NCBI GenBank assembly: GCA_049519175.1 | Contig: JBEKQZ010000001.1 | Location: 107,311-171,310 of the forward strand | Direction: 5' to 3' | Source of the DNA: Candidatus Levyibacteriota bacterium | GTDB taxonomy: Bacteria > Patescibacteriota > Microgenomatia > Levybacterales > UBA12049 | Length of the DNA stretch: 64,000 nucleotides | Shown: positions 37,047-46,365 of the stretch, one piece after another | How the letters are laid out: each line of letters begins with the position of its first letter | How positions within the stretch are numbered: position 1 is the stretch's first letter | Translations under genes and position numbers: made by a program | Notes under the pieces: model-generated | Told to the model about the DNA's origin: nothing | What the model saw: only the letters and a program-made list of their open reading frames with translations | Databases searched by the model: none

Positions 37047-37798
37047 TAAAGCTTGACAAAGTCTCTAAAAAATTTGGCACCGGAGTTTTTGGATTGTCGG
37101 ATGTGTCTTTGAACATTGAAAAAGGGGAATTTGTTTTTTTGGTTGGCTCGACGGGCGCCGGAAAAACGACCATCTTCAGATTGTTAATCCGTGACACTTT
37201 GCCAACGGAAGGAAGCATTTTAGTTAACGGATGGGATGTTGTCCACCTGCCAAAAAATAAACTTCCAACACTTCGAAAAAATGTTGGTGTCGTTTTCCAA
37301 GATTTAAAATTACTTTTGGATAGAACAACTTTTGAGAATATTATGTTGCCATTGGAAGTGGCCGGAGCCAGTGACGAGGAAGCGACAAAAATAGTTGAAT
37401 CGGTTTTGGGACTAGTCGGACTGACCGAACATAAAGATAAATTTCCGATTCAACTTTCGGGCGGAGAATTGCAAAAGGTAGCGCTTGCCAGGGCGTTGGT
37501 TTTATCGCCGGAAATATTGTTGGCGGATGAGCCAACCGGTAATTTGGACGCCGCAACGTCTTGGGAAATCGTCAAACTGTTGTCGGACATTAACAAAAGA
37601 GGGACAACGGTGGTAATGGCAACGCACAATTTAGATGTAATTAAAAGCTTAGGAAAAAGAGTGATTCGTATCGAAAAAGGAAAAATAGTTGAAGAGGGGA
37701 AAAGTTCAGGTAAGCATAAAGATAAGAAAGATCATCAAGAAGTGGAGAAGGAGGAACCCTCCTCCGTCAAGACTTCGGAAGGGCAAGAAAAAGAATGA
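37043..37798 (+). CDS. ftsE: cell division ATP-binding protein FtsE (with K/E-rich C-terminal tail)
   Basis: Walker A GSTGAGKTT, ABC signature LSGGELQKV, Walker B LLADEPT. ATG 37043 is chosen; the ORF is open from 36974. Confidence 0.9.
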   Translation: MIKLDKVSKKFGTGVFGLSDVSLNIEKGEFVFLVGSTGAGKTTIFRLLIRDTLPTEGSILVNGWDVVHLPKNKLPTLRKNVGVVFQDLKLLLDRTTFENIMLPLEVAGASDEEATKIVESVLGLVGLTEHKDKFPIQLSGGELQKVALARALVLSPEILLADEPTGNLDAATSWEIVKLLSDINKRGTTVVMATHNLDVIKSLGKRVIRIEKGKIVEEGKSSGKHKDKKDHQEVEKEEPSSVKTSEGQEKE

Positions 37799-38661
37799 GT
37801 TTTACAAAAACTACTTGGAAAAATATCAGAAGGTCACCTTATCAAGCTTTGGCGGCAATTCTAATCATGACTTTAACCTTTCTGGCGATTTCGTTTTTTA
37901 CTTTTCTTTTAGTTGGTTCCTCAAAAGTCATTAACTATTTTGAATCAAAACCGCAAGTCACCGCTTTTTTCCGAAATGACGCCAGCCAAAGCGATATCAA
38001 TAAATTGGAAAACCAACTGCGGGCAACGGGCAAAATTGCTTCGATAAAATTTGTTTCCCAAAACGAAGCACTCAAGATATACAGACAACAAAATGCAAAC
38101 GACCCCCTACTGTTGGATTTGGTCACTGCCGATGTTCTACCTTCTTCATTTGAAATCTCCACCGTGCAAATCGAAGATATGGGAACAATTTCCAATATGC
38201 TTGATAAATCCCCAATTGTTTCGGATGTCATTTACCAAAAAGATGTTGTTTCGACTTTAACCACCTGGACGAGCGCGATCAAAAAAATAGGCATCGTGCT
38301 GGTGGTGCTATTGTCTTTGGTTTCAATTTTTATTATGGCGACAATTGTGGGTATTAAAATTTCCCAGAAAAAAGAAGATATCGAAATAATGAAGCTAATT
38401 GGTGCGACCAATTGGTATATTCGCTGGCCGTTTTTAACCGAAGGAATTGTGTATGGAATTATCGGCGCGGTGGTCGGATGGGCTATCGCTACGGCGGGAC
38501 TTTTATACACGACTCCGTTTTTAGAGTCATTTCTAAAAGGGATTCCGGTTTTGCCGGCATCATACAGCGATTTATTAATTCTCTTGGGATTGGAAATAGG
38601 ATTTGCCGTTTTCCTGGGGGCAGTGTCAAGTTTCTTGGCGGTTTTGCGATATTCAAACTAG
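37795..38661 (+). CDS. ftsX: cell division permease-like protein FtsX
   Basis: Overlaps ftsE (ATGA). Four TM helices with a large first extracellular loop. Conserved MKLIGATNWYIRWPFLTEG. Confidence 0.85.
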   Translation: MSFTKTTWKNIRRSPYQALAAILIMTLTFLAISFFTFLLVGSSKVINYFESKPQVTAFFRNDASQSDINKLENQLRATGKIASIKFVSQNEALKIYRQQNANDPLLLDLVTADVLPSSFEISTVQIEDMGTISNMLDKSPIVSDVIYQKDVVSTLTTWTSAIKKIGIVLVVLLSLVSIFIMATIVGIKISQKKEDIEIMKLIGATNWYIRWPFLTEGIVYGIIGAVVGWAIATAGLLYTTPFLESFLKGIPVLPASYSDLLILLGLEIGFAVFLGAVSSFLAVLRYSN

Positions 38662-38691
38662 CTTTTATCAATTTTTAGAAATGTATGATTT

Positions 38692-39891
38692 ATGAAGTTT
38701 GGAATAAAGAAAATAGTCCTTTTGCTTTTCGTAACGGTTCTTCTATGGTTTAGCGCCGGAATTGTTCGTTCTCGGGCTGATACATCAGGTTGCGATACCC
38801 CGCAAGAACAAGATTTGTGTAATAAAATAAACGCCGCAAGAGCTGAGACACAAACATATTCCTCGCAAATTGCATTAATCGGCAATCAGATACAATTAAC
38901 AGAATATCAAATTGAGGCGACGCAAGCACAAATAACCAGTGTCACTTTGGATATCGATACTGCCACTAAAAAAATATCCAGTTTGCAAGGAACATTAGAT
39001 ACAACAATAACAGTGCTTTTAAATAGAATTGTGGCAACTTATGAAGTTGGAACAATTCAGCCAATCCAAATCTTGTTAACATCCAATACCGCTTCGGATT
39101 TTTTTACCAGACTTAACTATTTAAAGCTGGCACAAGCGCACGATAAACAATTGGTTTACGATACCCAACAAGCGAAAACCGATTATGCAAATCAAAAAAA
39201 TATTTTTGAAGACAAAAAAAAACAATTAGCAGATTTACAACAACAGTTGCAAACGCAAACCGACCAACTGAATCAGGAAAAACAAGTTCAACAACAACTT
39301 TTAGAAACCACAGAAGCGCAACTTGCTCAGTATCAAACGGAATTATCAGCTTTGCAAAACTTTGCCCGTTCTCGAGTTGGTCCTGGTGGGCAAAGCATTC
39401 CGCATCAGGATTTGTCTGATAGCTGGGGCAAATATTATAACCAGCGTGATGCAAACTGGGGTAATAATTATATTGGTTTATCGAATATGCAGATATGGGA
39501 TGTCGGTTGTTTATTAACCTCTTACGCGATGGTGGTAACGCATTATGGTGGATCTGTAACACCTGCGGATGTGGCGGCAAATGTAGGAAATTTTGCAGGG
39601 GGAAGTGCATATTTTAATTTACCTGGTCCTTCTGCTAATGGGCATTCGGCTACTGACGTTTCTATGCCGTCACTTGACGATCTAAAAAATGATCTCAACG
39701 CCGGGGATTCGGTCATTGCAGGATTATCTTATGACGGTGGTCCAATCGCCGACCATTGGGTAGTGCTTAGATCTGTCAATGCCGATGGCACTTTTATGAT
39801 TAATGATCCTTTATATCAAGGAGCAATGAATGTGCCGCTCAACGATAATTATGCTGGGCTGGCAATTGTCGAAGCCAGGATTTATAATTAA
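38692..39891 (+). CDS. PcsB/EnvC-like secreted protein: N-terminal coiled coil plus C-terminal papain-like (C39-like/CHAP-like) cysteine peptidase
   Basis: Signal peptide. About 200-aa Q-rich coiled coil (QQQLQTQTDQLNQEKQVQQQLLETTEAQLAQYQTELSALQ). C-terminal domain with Cys motif WDVGCLLTSYAMVVTHYGG and His motif DHWVVLRSVNADGTFMINDP. Directly downstream of ftsEX. Confidence 0.6.
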   Translation: MKFGIKKIVLLLFVTVLLWFSAGIVRSRADTSGCDTPQEQDLCNKINAARAETQTYSSQIALIGNQIQLTEYQIEATQAQITSVTLDIDTATKKISSLQGTLDTTITVLLNRIVATYEVGTIQPIQILLTSNTASDFFTRLNYLKLAQAHDKQLVYDTQQAKTDYANQKNIFEDKKKQLADLQQQLQTQTDQLNQEKQVQQQLLETTEAQLAQYQTELSALQNFARSRVGPGGQSIPHQDLSDSWGKYYNQRDANWGNNYIGLSNMQIWDVGCLLTSYAMVVTHYGGSVTPADVAANVGNFAGGSAYFNLPGPSANGHSATDVSMPSLDDLKNDLNAGDSVIAGLSYDGGPIADHWVVLRSVNADGTFMINDPLYQGAMNVPLNDNYAGLAIVEARIYN

Positions 39892-40032
39892 AATAAGATA
39901 AAAAGAATTGCCCTTACTGTTTGTCTTTTTTGGTTTTTAAGCCTGCTTTGCCCGGGAAAGACCTCTGCGGCCGGTTTCACTTTAGCGTCAGACCAAACAT
40001 CCATCAATTCCAATGAGGAATTCGATATAAAT

Positions 40033-40710
40033 GTGCAATTCTCAATCAGCGCTGCAAATGGCACCGTTTATTACTTGCGCGGAGTTTTCTATCAAACTGC
40101 CGGTAGCTATTGTGGCTACACTTGGAATGGAAATAATTGGTATAATGGTCCTTATTCCGTAAATAACGGGTGGCAGCAATTGCTTGCGGTCACAGTCAAT
40201 CAAAGTAGCTGGTCAGGGCAGTTAAAAGCAAAAATTGATCCATCTGATGGTAATTGTCAAAATAGCGGTAATTATTATTTTAAAGTTCAAAGATATACTG
40301 TAGGAGGAAGTAGCAATTTTGATGATCAAAATAGTTTAAGCGTAAATATTTCTATTCCAACCCCAACCCCCACGCCTGCTCCGACAGATACTCCAACGCC
40401 AATGCCCACTCAAACTCCAACGCCTAAGCCTATTGCGGCGCCCACTTCCAAACCAACCCAAAAACCTTCACCCACAATTACGGAAGATCTTATTGCGACA
40501 GATGCGGGTGTTTTGGGGGACAGCAGCGGAAGCACAGAAGTTCAAACGCCAACTCCAAAACCAAAAGAAATAAAAATAGCTTCGGATACCGGCAGTAATT
40601 TATTACCAGAAATTCTAATCCTTATCGGCATTGTTTTTCTGATAGCTTGTGCTATAGTAGTTTCTTACCCATACCTTAAAAATTTTAGAAAGAAAAATAA
40701 TGATGAATAA
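40033..40710 (+). CDS. cell-surface protein with Pro/Thr-rich linker and C-terminal membrane anchor; the ORF probably extends upstream to about 39898
   Basis: GTG start at 40033 per the ORF track. The same frame is open back to the preceding stop and encodes a signal-peptide-like KIKRIALTVCLFWFLSLLCPGKTSAAGF. PTPTPTPAPTDTPTPMPTQTPTPKP linker; C-terminal LPEILILIGIVFLIACAIVV + RKKNN. Confidence 0.5.
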   Translation: MQFSISAANGTVYYLRGVFYQTAGSYCGYTWNGNNWYNGPYSVNNGWQQLLAVTVNQSSWSGQLKAKIDPSDGNCQNSGNYYFKVQRYTVGGSSNFDDQNSLSVNISIPTPTPTPAPTDTPTPMPTQTPTPKPIAAPTSKPTQKPSPTITEDLIATDAGVLGDSSGSTEVQTPTPKPKEIKIASDTGSNLLPEILILIGIVFLIACAIVVSYPYLKNFRKKNNDE

Positions 40711-41137
40711 TCAGGATTTTTTTATCACTAACAGCAAAGAAGAAACACAAACTTTTGCCCAAGACTTTGCCAAAACGCTCAAAGGCGGCGCTTTTTTGGC
40801 ATTTTATGGAGATTTAGGCAGCGGCAAAACCACTTTTATTCAAGGTTTGGCAAAAGGTTTAGGAATACAAAGAAGAATTATTTCGCCAACCTTCATAATT
40901 CTGCGGCATTACAAAATGGATAAAGGAGATTTTTATCACGTTGACCTTTACAGAACCGAAAGTAAACACGATCTCTTAGGGATAGGACTTGAGCAAATCA
41001 TTCAAGACGCAAATAGTATTGTCGCTTTGGAGTGGGCAGAAAAGTTGGGGGAGCTATTGCCAAAACAAAGAATTGATATTCACATGGAGTATCTGGAAGA
41101 TAATAAACGCAAAATTATCATTAAAAAATATGAATAG
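40700..41137 (+). CDS. tsaE: tRNA threonylcarbamoyladenosine biosynthesis ATPase TsaE (YjeE)
   Basis: P-loop GDLGSGKTTF and SPTFII motif. 145 aa. Confidence 0.85.
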   Translation: MMNNQDFFITNSKEETQTFAQDFAKTLKGGAFLAFYGDLGSGKTTFIQGLAKGLGIQRRIISPTFIILRHYKMDKGDFYHVDLYRTESKHDLLGIGLEQIIQDANSIVALEWAEKLGELLPKQRIDIHMEYLEDNKRKIIIKKYE

Positions 41138-41711
41138 ACAGATTGACGAAGCGGTTAAAGTTCTAGACCAAGGTGGCATAGTGATTTTCCCAACCGATAC
41201 AGCTTTTGGAATTGGCTGCCGGGTGGATAATGAAAAAGTGGTTCAAAAGTTATTCAAAATCAGGAACAGACCAGCTTCTCAAGCTGCCCCAATTCTAGTT
41301 AACAGTTTAGAAATGGCTAAAGAGTATGCAGCCGAAGTTCCCGAAGCAGTTATTCAGAATTTAATCAAACCATTTTGGCCGGGCGCTTTGACAATAGTTT
41401 TAAAAGCAAATAAGCAGAAAGTCCCTTTATTAGTCAGAGGCGGTGGCGAGACAGTTGGAATAAGAATGCCAAATCATCCGTTCATTCTTAATGTCATCAA
41501 TAAAGTTGGAGTGCCTGTTTTGGGACCATCGGCCAATTTTCATGGAGAAAAGACGCCTTTTAAATTCAAAGATTTAGATATGAAATTAGTTTCGCTGGTT
41601 GACTATGTTTTAGAGGGAGAATGTTCAATTCAAGAGGCTTCAACGGTGATCGACTGCACAAAACGTAGGTGGGAAATTTTGCGTCAGGGCGCGATACAAG
41701 TTAAGATATAG
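41130..41711 (+). CDS. tsaC: L-threonylcarbamoyladenylate synthase (YrdC/Sua5 family)
   Basis: YrdC fold motifs (GIVIFPTDTAFGIGC, NRPASQAAPILVNS, ETVGIRMPNHP). ATG 41130 is chosen; the longer TTG ORF from 40989 overlaps tsaE. Confidence 0.85.
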   Translation: MNRQIDEAVKVLDQGGIVIFPTDTAFGIGCRVDNEKVVQKLFKIRNRPASQAAPILVNSLEMAKEYAAEVPEAVIQNLIKPFWPGALTIVLKANKQKVPLLVRGGGETVGIRMPNHPFILNVINKVGVPVLGPSANFHGEKTPFKFKDLDMKLVSLVDYVLEGECSIQEASTVIDCTKRRWEILRQGAIQVKI

Positions 41712-41713
41712 GT

Positions 41714-42034
41714 ATGGGCAAAGTTTTAAAGATTGACACCTCCGATAATCAGAAAATAACGATTGAACTTGAATTTAACGGAAAAAAAGAAAAATTGGTT
41801 GAAGACTCAACATTTCTAAGATCCGAAGCGACTTTGCCGGCGATTGATAAGCTACTCAAGCAAAATAATCTAGCTATTAAAGAAGTTGATCAGATTAAAG
41901 TGAGCAAAGGGCCAGGCTCATTTACGGGGTTAAGAGTTGGAGTGGCGATTGCTAATGCGTTAGCGTTTTTATTAAAAATCCCCGTTAATCATAAAAAAGT
42001 TGGCGAATTGGAAGAACCAGTATATAATAAATAG
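41714..42034 (+). CDS. tsaB: truncated TsaB (YeaZ) N-terminal-domain-only protein
   Basis: 106 aa carrying the YeaZ/TsaB signature KGPGSFTGLRVGVAIANALAF. Lacks the C-terminal half of canonical TsaB. Confidence 0.65.
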   Translation: MGKVLKIDTSDNQKITIELEFNGKKEKLVEDSTFLRSEATLPAIDKLLKQNNLAIKEVDQIKVSKGPGSFTGLRVGVAIANALAFLLKIPVNHKKVGELEEPVYNK

Positions 42035-42039
42035 TAGGT

Positions 42040-42963
42040 ATGATTAATTTTCTGCGCCATCTTTTTCTACCGAGGGAAACAAACAATTACAGGCCGGGAC
42101 TTCTGCACCACAAAATCTTATTCAGCCTAATCTTATTCTTCGTTTCTGCGGGAATTTTGACATCTGTTGTCAGAACCAATTTCCCTGCGGTTTTAGGCCT
42201 ATCGGCGAATATTCCAACACAGCAACTTTTAATTTTAACCAATCAACAAAGACAAGATAATAATCTGCCCGCTCTGACCGATAATTCCGAGCTCGACCAG
42301 GCGGCTGCCAATAAAGCGGCGGATATGCTTAGTAAAAATTATTGGGCACATGATGCGCCGGACGGCACCACTCCGTGGACGTTTATCAAAGCGGCGGGAT
42401 ACAATTATGTTTATGCCGGCGAAAATCTGGCGCGGGGATTTAATAGCGCTTCGGACGTAGTAAACGCCTGGATGAATAGTCCTGAACACAGACAAAATAT
42501 TTTGTCATCCAACTATCAAAATGTTGGCTTTGCGGTAGCCACGGGAAACTTAAGCGGTGAGGATACAATTCTAGTGGTAGAAATGCTTGGCAGTACCAGT
42601 TTGGGTGCTCCCGTTGCTTCGGGCAACAATAATCCTCCGGTCGTTGCTGTTGCCCCAGGGTCTCCGGCGGTCAATAATACTAAAGCGCCTGCTGCTCCGG
42701 CGCAAACACCCATTGCTCAAATTAATAGTTCCAACTTATTGGGAGTTTCTTCAGTTATAAAGCCTCTGATCAATAGTCACACATTTGTCTCTTTGTCGGC
42801 CGGAGTAATTCTCTCTTTATTCATTTTTGTTCTAATTCTAGACATGGTAATAATTGAACGGAAAAAGATTGTCCGCTTTGTTGGTCACAATTTGGACCAT
42901 GTATTGTTCTTGGGAGCGATGTTTGCAATTGTAATAATTCTTTTGAAAGGAGCAATTATTTAA
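42040..42963 (+). CDS. CAP (SCP/PR-1-like) domain protein with N- and C-terminal TM helices
   Basis: CAP motifs (LTNQQRQDNNLPAL, NYWAHDAPDG, GENLARGF, NAWMNSPEHRQNIL). Confidence 0.75.
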   Translation: MINFLRHLFLPRETNNYRPGLLHHKILFSLILFFVSAGILTSVVRTNFPAVLGLSANIPTQQLLILTNQQRQDNNLPALTDNSELDQAAANKAADMLSKNYWAHDAPDGTTPWTFIKAAGYNYVYAGENLARGFNSASDVVNAWMNSPEHRQNILSSNYQNVGFAVATGNLSGEDTILVVEMLGSTSLGAPVASGNNNPPVVAVAPGSPAVNNTKAPAAPAQTPIAQINSSNLLGVSSVIKPLINSHTFVSLSAGVILSLFIFVLILDMVIIERKKIVRFVGHNLDHVLFLGAMFAIVIILLKGAII

Positions 42964-43233
42964 ATGTTCAAAAAGCTGCAGAAACACTTGGGATATTATC
43001 TTTCTCTTTTGGCAATTCTATTGTTGGGACTAGCGCTAATTTTATTAACCAGTCCAAACCTTAAATCGCAAAGTTTAATTATTTCCGCAACCGTATTTTT
43101 CTATATTCTTTGGGGAGTTTTGCACCATCTTATAAATCATGAACTAAGCCTAAGGATTGTGATAGAATATGTTCTCATCGGAGCGTTGGGGCTTTCGATT
43201 CTATTCTTTATGACAGTGGGAGGATTAATATGA
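42964..43233 (+). CDS. small hypothetical membrane protein (89 aa)
   Basis: Three hydrophobic helices. Starts 1 nt after the preceding stop. Confidence 0.4.
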   Translation: MFKKLQKHLGYYLSLLAILLLGLALILLTSPNLKSQSLIISATVFFYILWGVLHHLINHELSLRIVIEYVLIGALGLSILFFMTVGGLI

Positions 43234-43955
43234 AAGGCATAATTTTAGCAGGCGGTAGAGCCACTAGGCTTCGCCCGTTAACAAAGATTACTTCAAAACA
43301 GTTATTACCTATTTATAACAAGCCAATGATTTATTATCCCATTCAGACTCTTGTAAAAGCTGGGATTTCAGACATTTTAATAATTGTTGCACCTGAATAT
43401 TCTGGTCAATTTCTGAATCTGCTTGGTTCAGGCAATGAGTTGGGGGCAAATCTGTCTTACGAAGTTCAAGAGGAGCCTCGAGGGCTTCCCGATGCTTTCA
43501 TTGTCGGCGAAAACTTTATTGAAAAAGATAACGTGGCGATGATTTTAGGAGATAATATTTTTGACCATAATTTTGCGGAAAGCGTTACTTCCTTTAAATC
43601 GGGGGCAAGGATATTTGCTAAACAAGTTCCTGACCCTGAAAGGTCCGGAGTGGTAGAATTTGACCAAGACCATAAAGTTATCTCAATTGTAGAAAAACCG
43701 GAACATCCAAAAAGTAATTATGCGGTTGTCGGATTTTATATTTATGATAACAGGGTAATCGAATATGCCAAAAGTTTAAGACCATCCGCAAGAAATGAAT
43801 TGGAAATTGTTGACCTACACAATAAATATCTTAAAAACGGAGAATTGAAAGTCGATATTATTGAGGGAATGTGGGAAGACGCCGGCACTTTCGACAGCCT
43901 TCTTCGCGTTAACAATCTGATTGCGGAAAGAGTAAAGCAAGGGGGCGTAATATAA
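43230..43955 (+). CDS. rmlA: glucose-1-phosphate thymidylyltransferase-like sugar nucleotidyltransferase
   Basis: MKGIILAGGRATRLRPLTKITSKQLLPIYNKPMIYYPI. 241 aa, shorter than canonical RmlA. Confidence 0.8.
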   Translation: MKGIILAGGRATRLRPLTKITSKQLLPIYNKPMIYYPIQTLVKAGISDILIIVAPEYSGQFLNLLGSGNELGANLSYEVQEEPRGLPDAFIVGENFIEKDNVAMILGDNIFDHNFAESVTSFKSGARIFAKQVPDPERSGVVEFDQDHKVISIVEKPEHPKSNYAVVGFYIYDNRVIEYAKSLRPSARNELEIVDLHNKYLKNGELKVDIIEGMWEDAGTFDSLLRVNNLIAERVKQGGVI

Positions 43956-44966
43956 ATGAAGATTTTAGTTACCGGCGGAGCGGGGTTTATCGGTTCAAAT
44001 TTTATTCTTTATTGGTTGAAAAATCATCCACAGGATTCAATTGTCAATTTAGATAAACTGACTTATGCTGGAAATTTAGAAAATCTAACCAGCGTTCAGG
44101 ATAACCCCAATTATCAATTCATCCAGGGCGATATCTGTGATGCAAAAATTGTCGAAAGCGCAATATCGGGAGTTGATGCCGTTGTGCATTTTGCGGCGGA
44201 AAGCCATGTCGACAGAAGCATTGCGGAGCCAGCTAATTTTGTCAAGACCAATGTTTTGGGAACGCAAGTGCTTTTGGAAGCGTCCCTAAAAAATAAAGTC
44301 AAAAAATTCCACCATATCTCAACGGATGAAGTATATGGAAGCCTTAATCTAGAAGATAAGAGCATATTTAATGAACGAACAGCTTATAATCCCAGAAGTC
44401 CATATTCAGCCAGCAAAGCCGGTTCGGACCATTTGGTTAAAGCCTATTATTATACATATAATTTACCCATTACGATTTCCAACTGTTCCAATAATTTTGG
44501 TCCTTATCAGTTTCCGGAAAAATTAATTGCTCTGGCAATTACTAACCTTTTGGAAGGCAAAAAAGTTCCGGTTTACGGAGATGGACTTTATGTTAGGGAT
44601 TGGTTGTATGTGGAAGATCATTGCCGGGCAATCGATTTAATTTTGGAAAAAGGTAAAGTTGGAGAAACATATTGTGTCGGTGGATTAACGGATGACTTAA
44701 GCAATCTCTCAATTTTGCGGAAGATAATCAGACTGCTTGGAAAAACCGAAGATTCTTTGGAGTATGTCAAAGACAGGCCGGGACACGATAGACGTTATGC
44801 CTTGGATTGGTCGAAAATAAAAAATGAATTAGGTTGGCAGCCTCTGCATGGTTTTGATGAATGGCTTGAAAAAACTGTCCAGTGGTATCAAGAAAACAGA
44901 GAGTGGTGGAAAAATGTTAAAAATGGCGAATACAAGCAATACTACAAGAAACAATACGGCAAATGA
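43956..44966 (+). CDS. rmlB: dTDP-glucose 4,6-dehydratase
   Basis: MKILVTGGAGFIGSNF, ...HISTDEVYG, YSASKAGSDHLV (YxxxK). Confidence 0.9.
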   Translation: MKILVTGGAGFIGSNFILYWLKNHPQDSIVNLDKLTYAGNLENLTSVQDNPNYQFIQGDICDAKIVESAISGVDAVVHFAAESHVDRSIAEPANFVKTNVLGTQVLLEASLKNKVKKFHHISTDEVYGSLNLEDKSIFNERTAYNPRSPYSASKAGSDHLVKAYYYTYNLPITISNCSNNFGPYQFPEKLIALAITNLLEGKKVPVYGDGLYVRDWLYVEDHCRAIDLILEKGKVGETYCVGGLTDDLSNLSILRKIIRLLGKTEDSLEYVKDRPGHDRRYALDWSKIKNELGWQPLHGFDEWLEKTVQWYQENREWWKNVKNGEYKQYYKKQYGK

Positions 44967-45448
44967 TTAAATGCATCTTGGAGAACGGACACGAAACATC
45001 CTTTAGACACGTTACAGTCGGAGCAATAGTTGTCAACGAAAAACAGGAGGTGCTTCTGGTTAAACGGGCGGAAAATATTCATAACGGAGGTAAATATACT
45101 ATTCCCGGAGGATTTCTAGATAGAGATGAAAACTTGGAGCAAGGAGTCTTAAGGGAATTAAAAGAAGAAACAGGCTACAAGGGGAAAATAGAGACGCTTT
45201 TTTGGATTAATGATAGTCCAAATAGACCAAAAGAGGACCGCCAGAATGTAGACTTTATTTTCATTGCTAAAATAATCAGTGGAGGGATGACGTTAAATAA
45301 TGAAGTTTCCGATATTCATTGGTTTACAATGAATAGTTTGCCTAAAGAAGAAGATTTCGCTTTTGACCACCGGGCGATAATTTTACACTATTTTGAATAT
45401 TTAAAGAAACCATTTCCCTTGCCATTAGTAAGTGGGGTAGATTTATGA
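44963..45448 (+). CDS. NUDIX hydrolase
   Basis: Nudix box GGFLDRDENLEQGVLRELKEETG. Confidence 0.8.
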   Translation: MIKCILENGHETSFRHVTVGAIVVNEKQEVLLVKRAENIHNGGKYTIPGGFLDRDENLEQGVLRELKEETGYKGKIETLFWINDSPNRPKEDRQNVDFIFIAKIISGGMTLNNEVSDIHWFTMNSLPKEEDFAFDHRAIILHYFEYLKKPFPLPLVSGVDL

Positions 45449-46365
45449 AAACAAAAATTTTAGTCACAGGGCTAACGGGTTTGGTCGGTTCGAGATTTCC
45501 GGAGCTTTTAAATGATGCTTATGAATTTCAGCCGCTTGGAGTAGATATTCTTGCTAAGAATGCTGTTCTAAATATAATTTCATCCTCAGATGCCCAAATA
45601 GTTCTACATATGGCTGCCAAAACGCACGTTGACGGGTGTGAGCTAGATAAAAATAGGGATAAAGAAATTCTTAAGTTCAGTAATCTTCAAGACCGAGAAA
45701 AAATTTGGATGGAAGAGAAAACCGCTTGGGCAGTAAACGTTTTTGGCACGCAAAATATCGTAGAAGCTTGTCAAAAAACCAATAAGAAAATAATTTATCT
45801 GTCTACCGACTCTGTTTTTGACGGGAAGAAAAGAACTTATTCGGAAGAAGATGAGCCTGCTCCCGTCAATTGGTATGCAAAAACCAAATATGAAGGAGAA
45901 AAACTCATCCAAGCCTCAGGTTTAGATTATATAATCGCCAGAATTGCTTATCCTTATCGGGCGTATTTCGCCAGAAACGATTTCGTGAGAGCCTTAATAG
46001 AAAAATTACAAAAAAGCGAAAAACTAAGTATGGTGACCGATCATATTATGACTCCAACTTTTATTGACGATATCGCTAATGCCTTGGATATTCTCATCAG
46101 ACTTGAGCAAAAAGGCATCTTTCATGTGGTGGGCAGTCAAGCAATCACTCCTTATGAAGCGGCAATAGAAATCGCTCAAACGTTTGATTTCGATGAGTCT
46201 TTAATCTCTAAAACAACCAGAAGAGAATACTTTGCCGGTAAAGCAGCACGGCCCTTTTGTCTTCATCTGAAAAATGCTAAAATTGGTAAATTAGGGATAG
46301 AAATGTCGACTTTTGACAAAGGGATTATTGAAGTTAAAAATCAAAGAGAAAGAATTCAGATATGA
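45445..46365 (+). CDS. rmlD: dTDP-4-dehydrorhamnose reductase-like SDR
   Basis: LVTGLTGLVGS, ...STDSVFDG..., YAKTKYEGE (RmlD-type YxxxK context). Confidence 0.7.
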   Translation: MKTKILVTGLTGLVGSRFPELLNDAYEFQPLGVDILAKNAVLNIISSSDAQIVLHMAAKTHVDGCELDKNRDKEILKFSNLQDREKIWMEEKTAWAVNVFGTQNIVEACQKTNKKIIYLSTDSVFDGKKRTYSEEDEPAPVNWYAKTKYEGEKLIQASGLDYIIARIAYPYRAYFARNDFVRALIEKLQKSEKLSMVTDHIMTPTFIDDIANALDILIRLEQKGIFHVVGSQAITPYEAAIEIAQTFDFDESLISKTTRREYFAGKAARPFCLHLKNAKIGKLGIEMSTFDKGIIEVKNQRERIQI

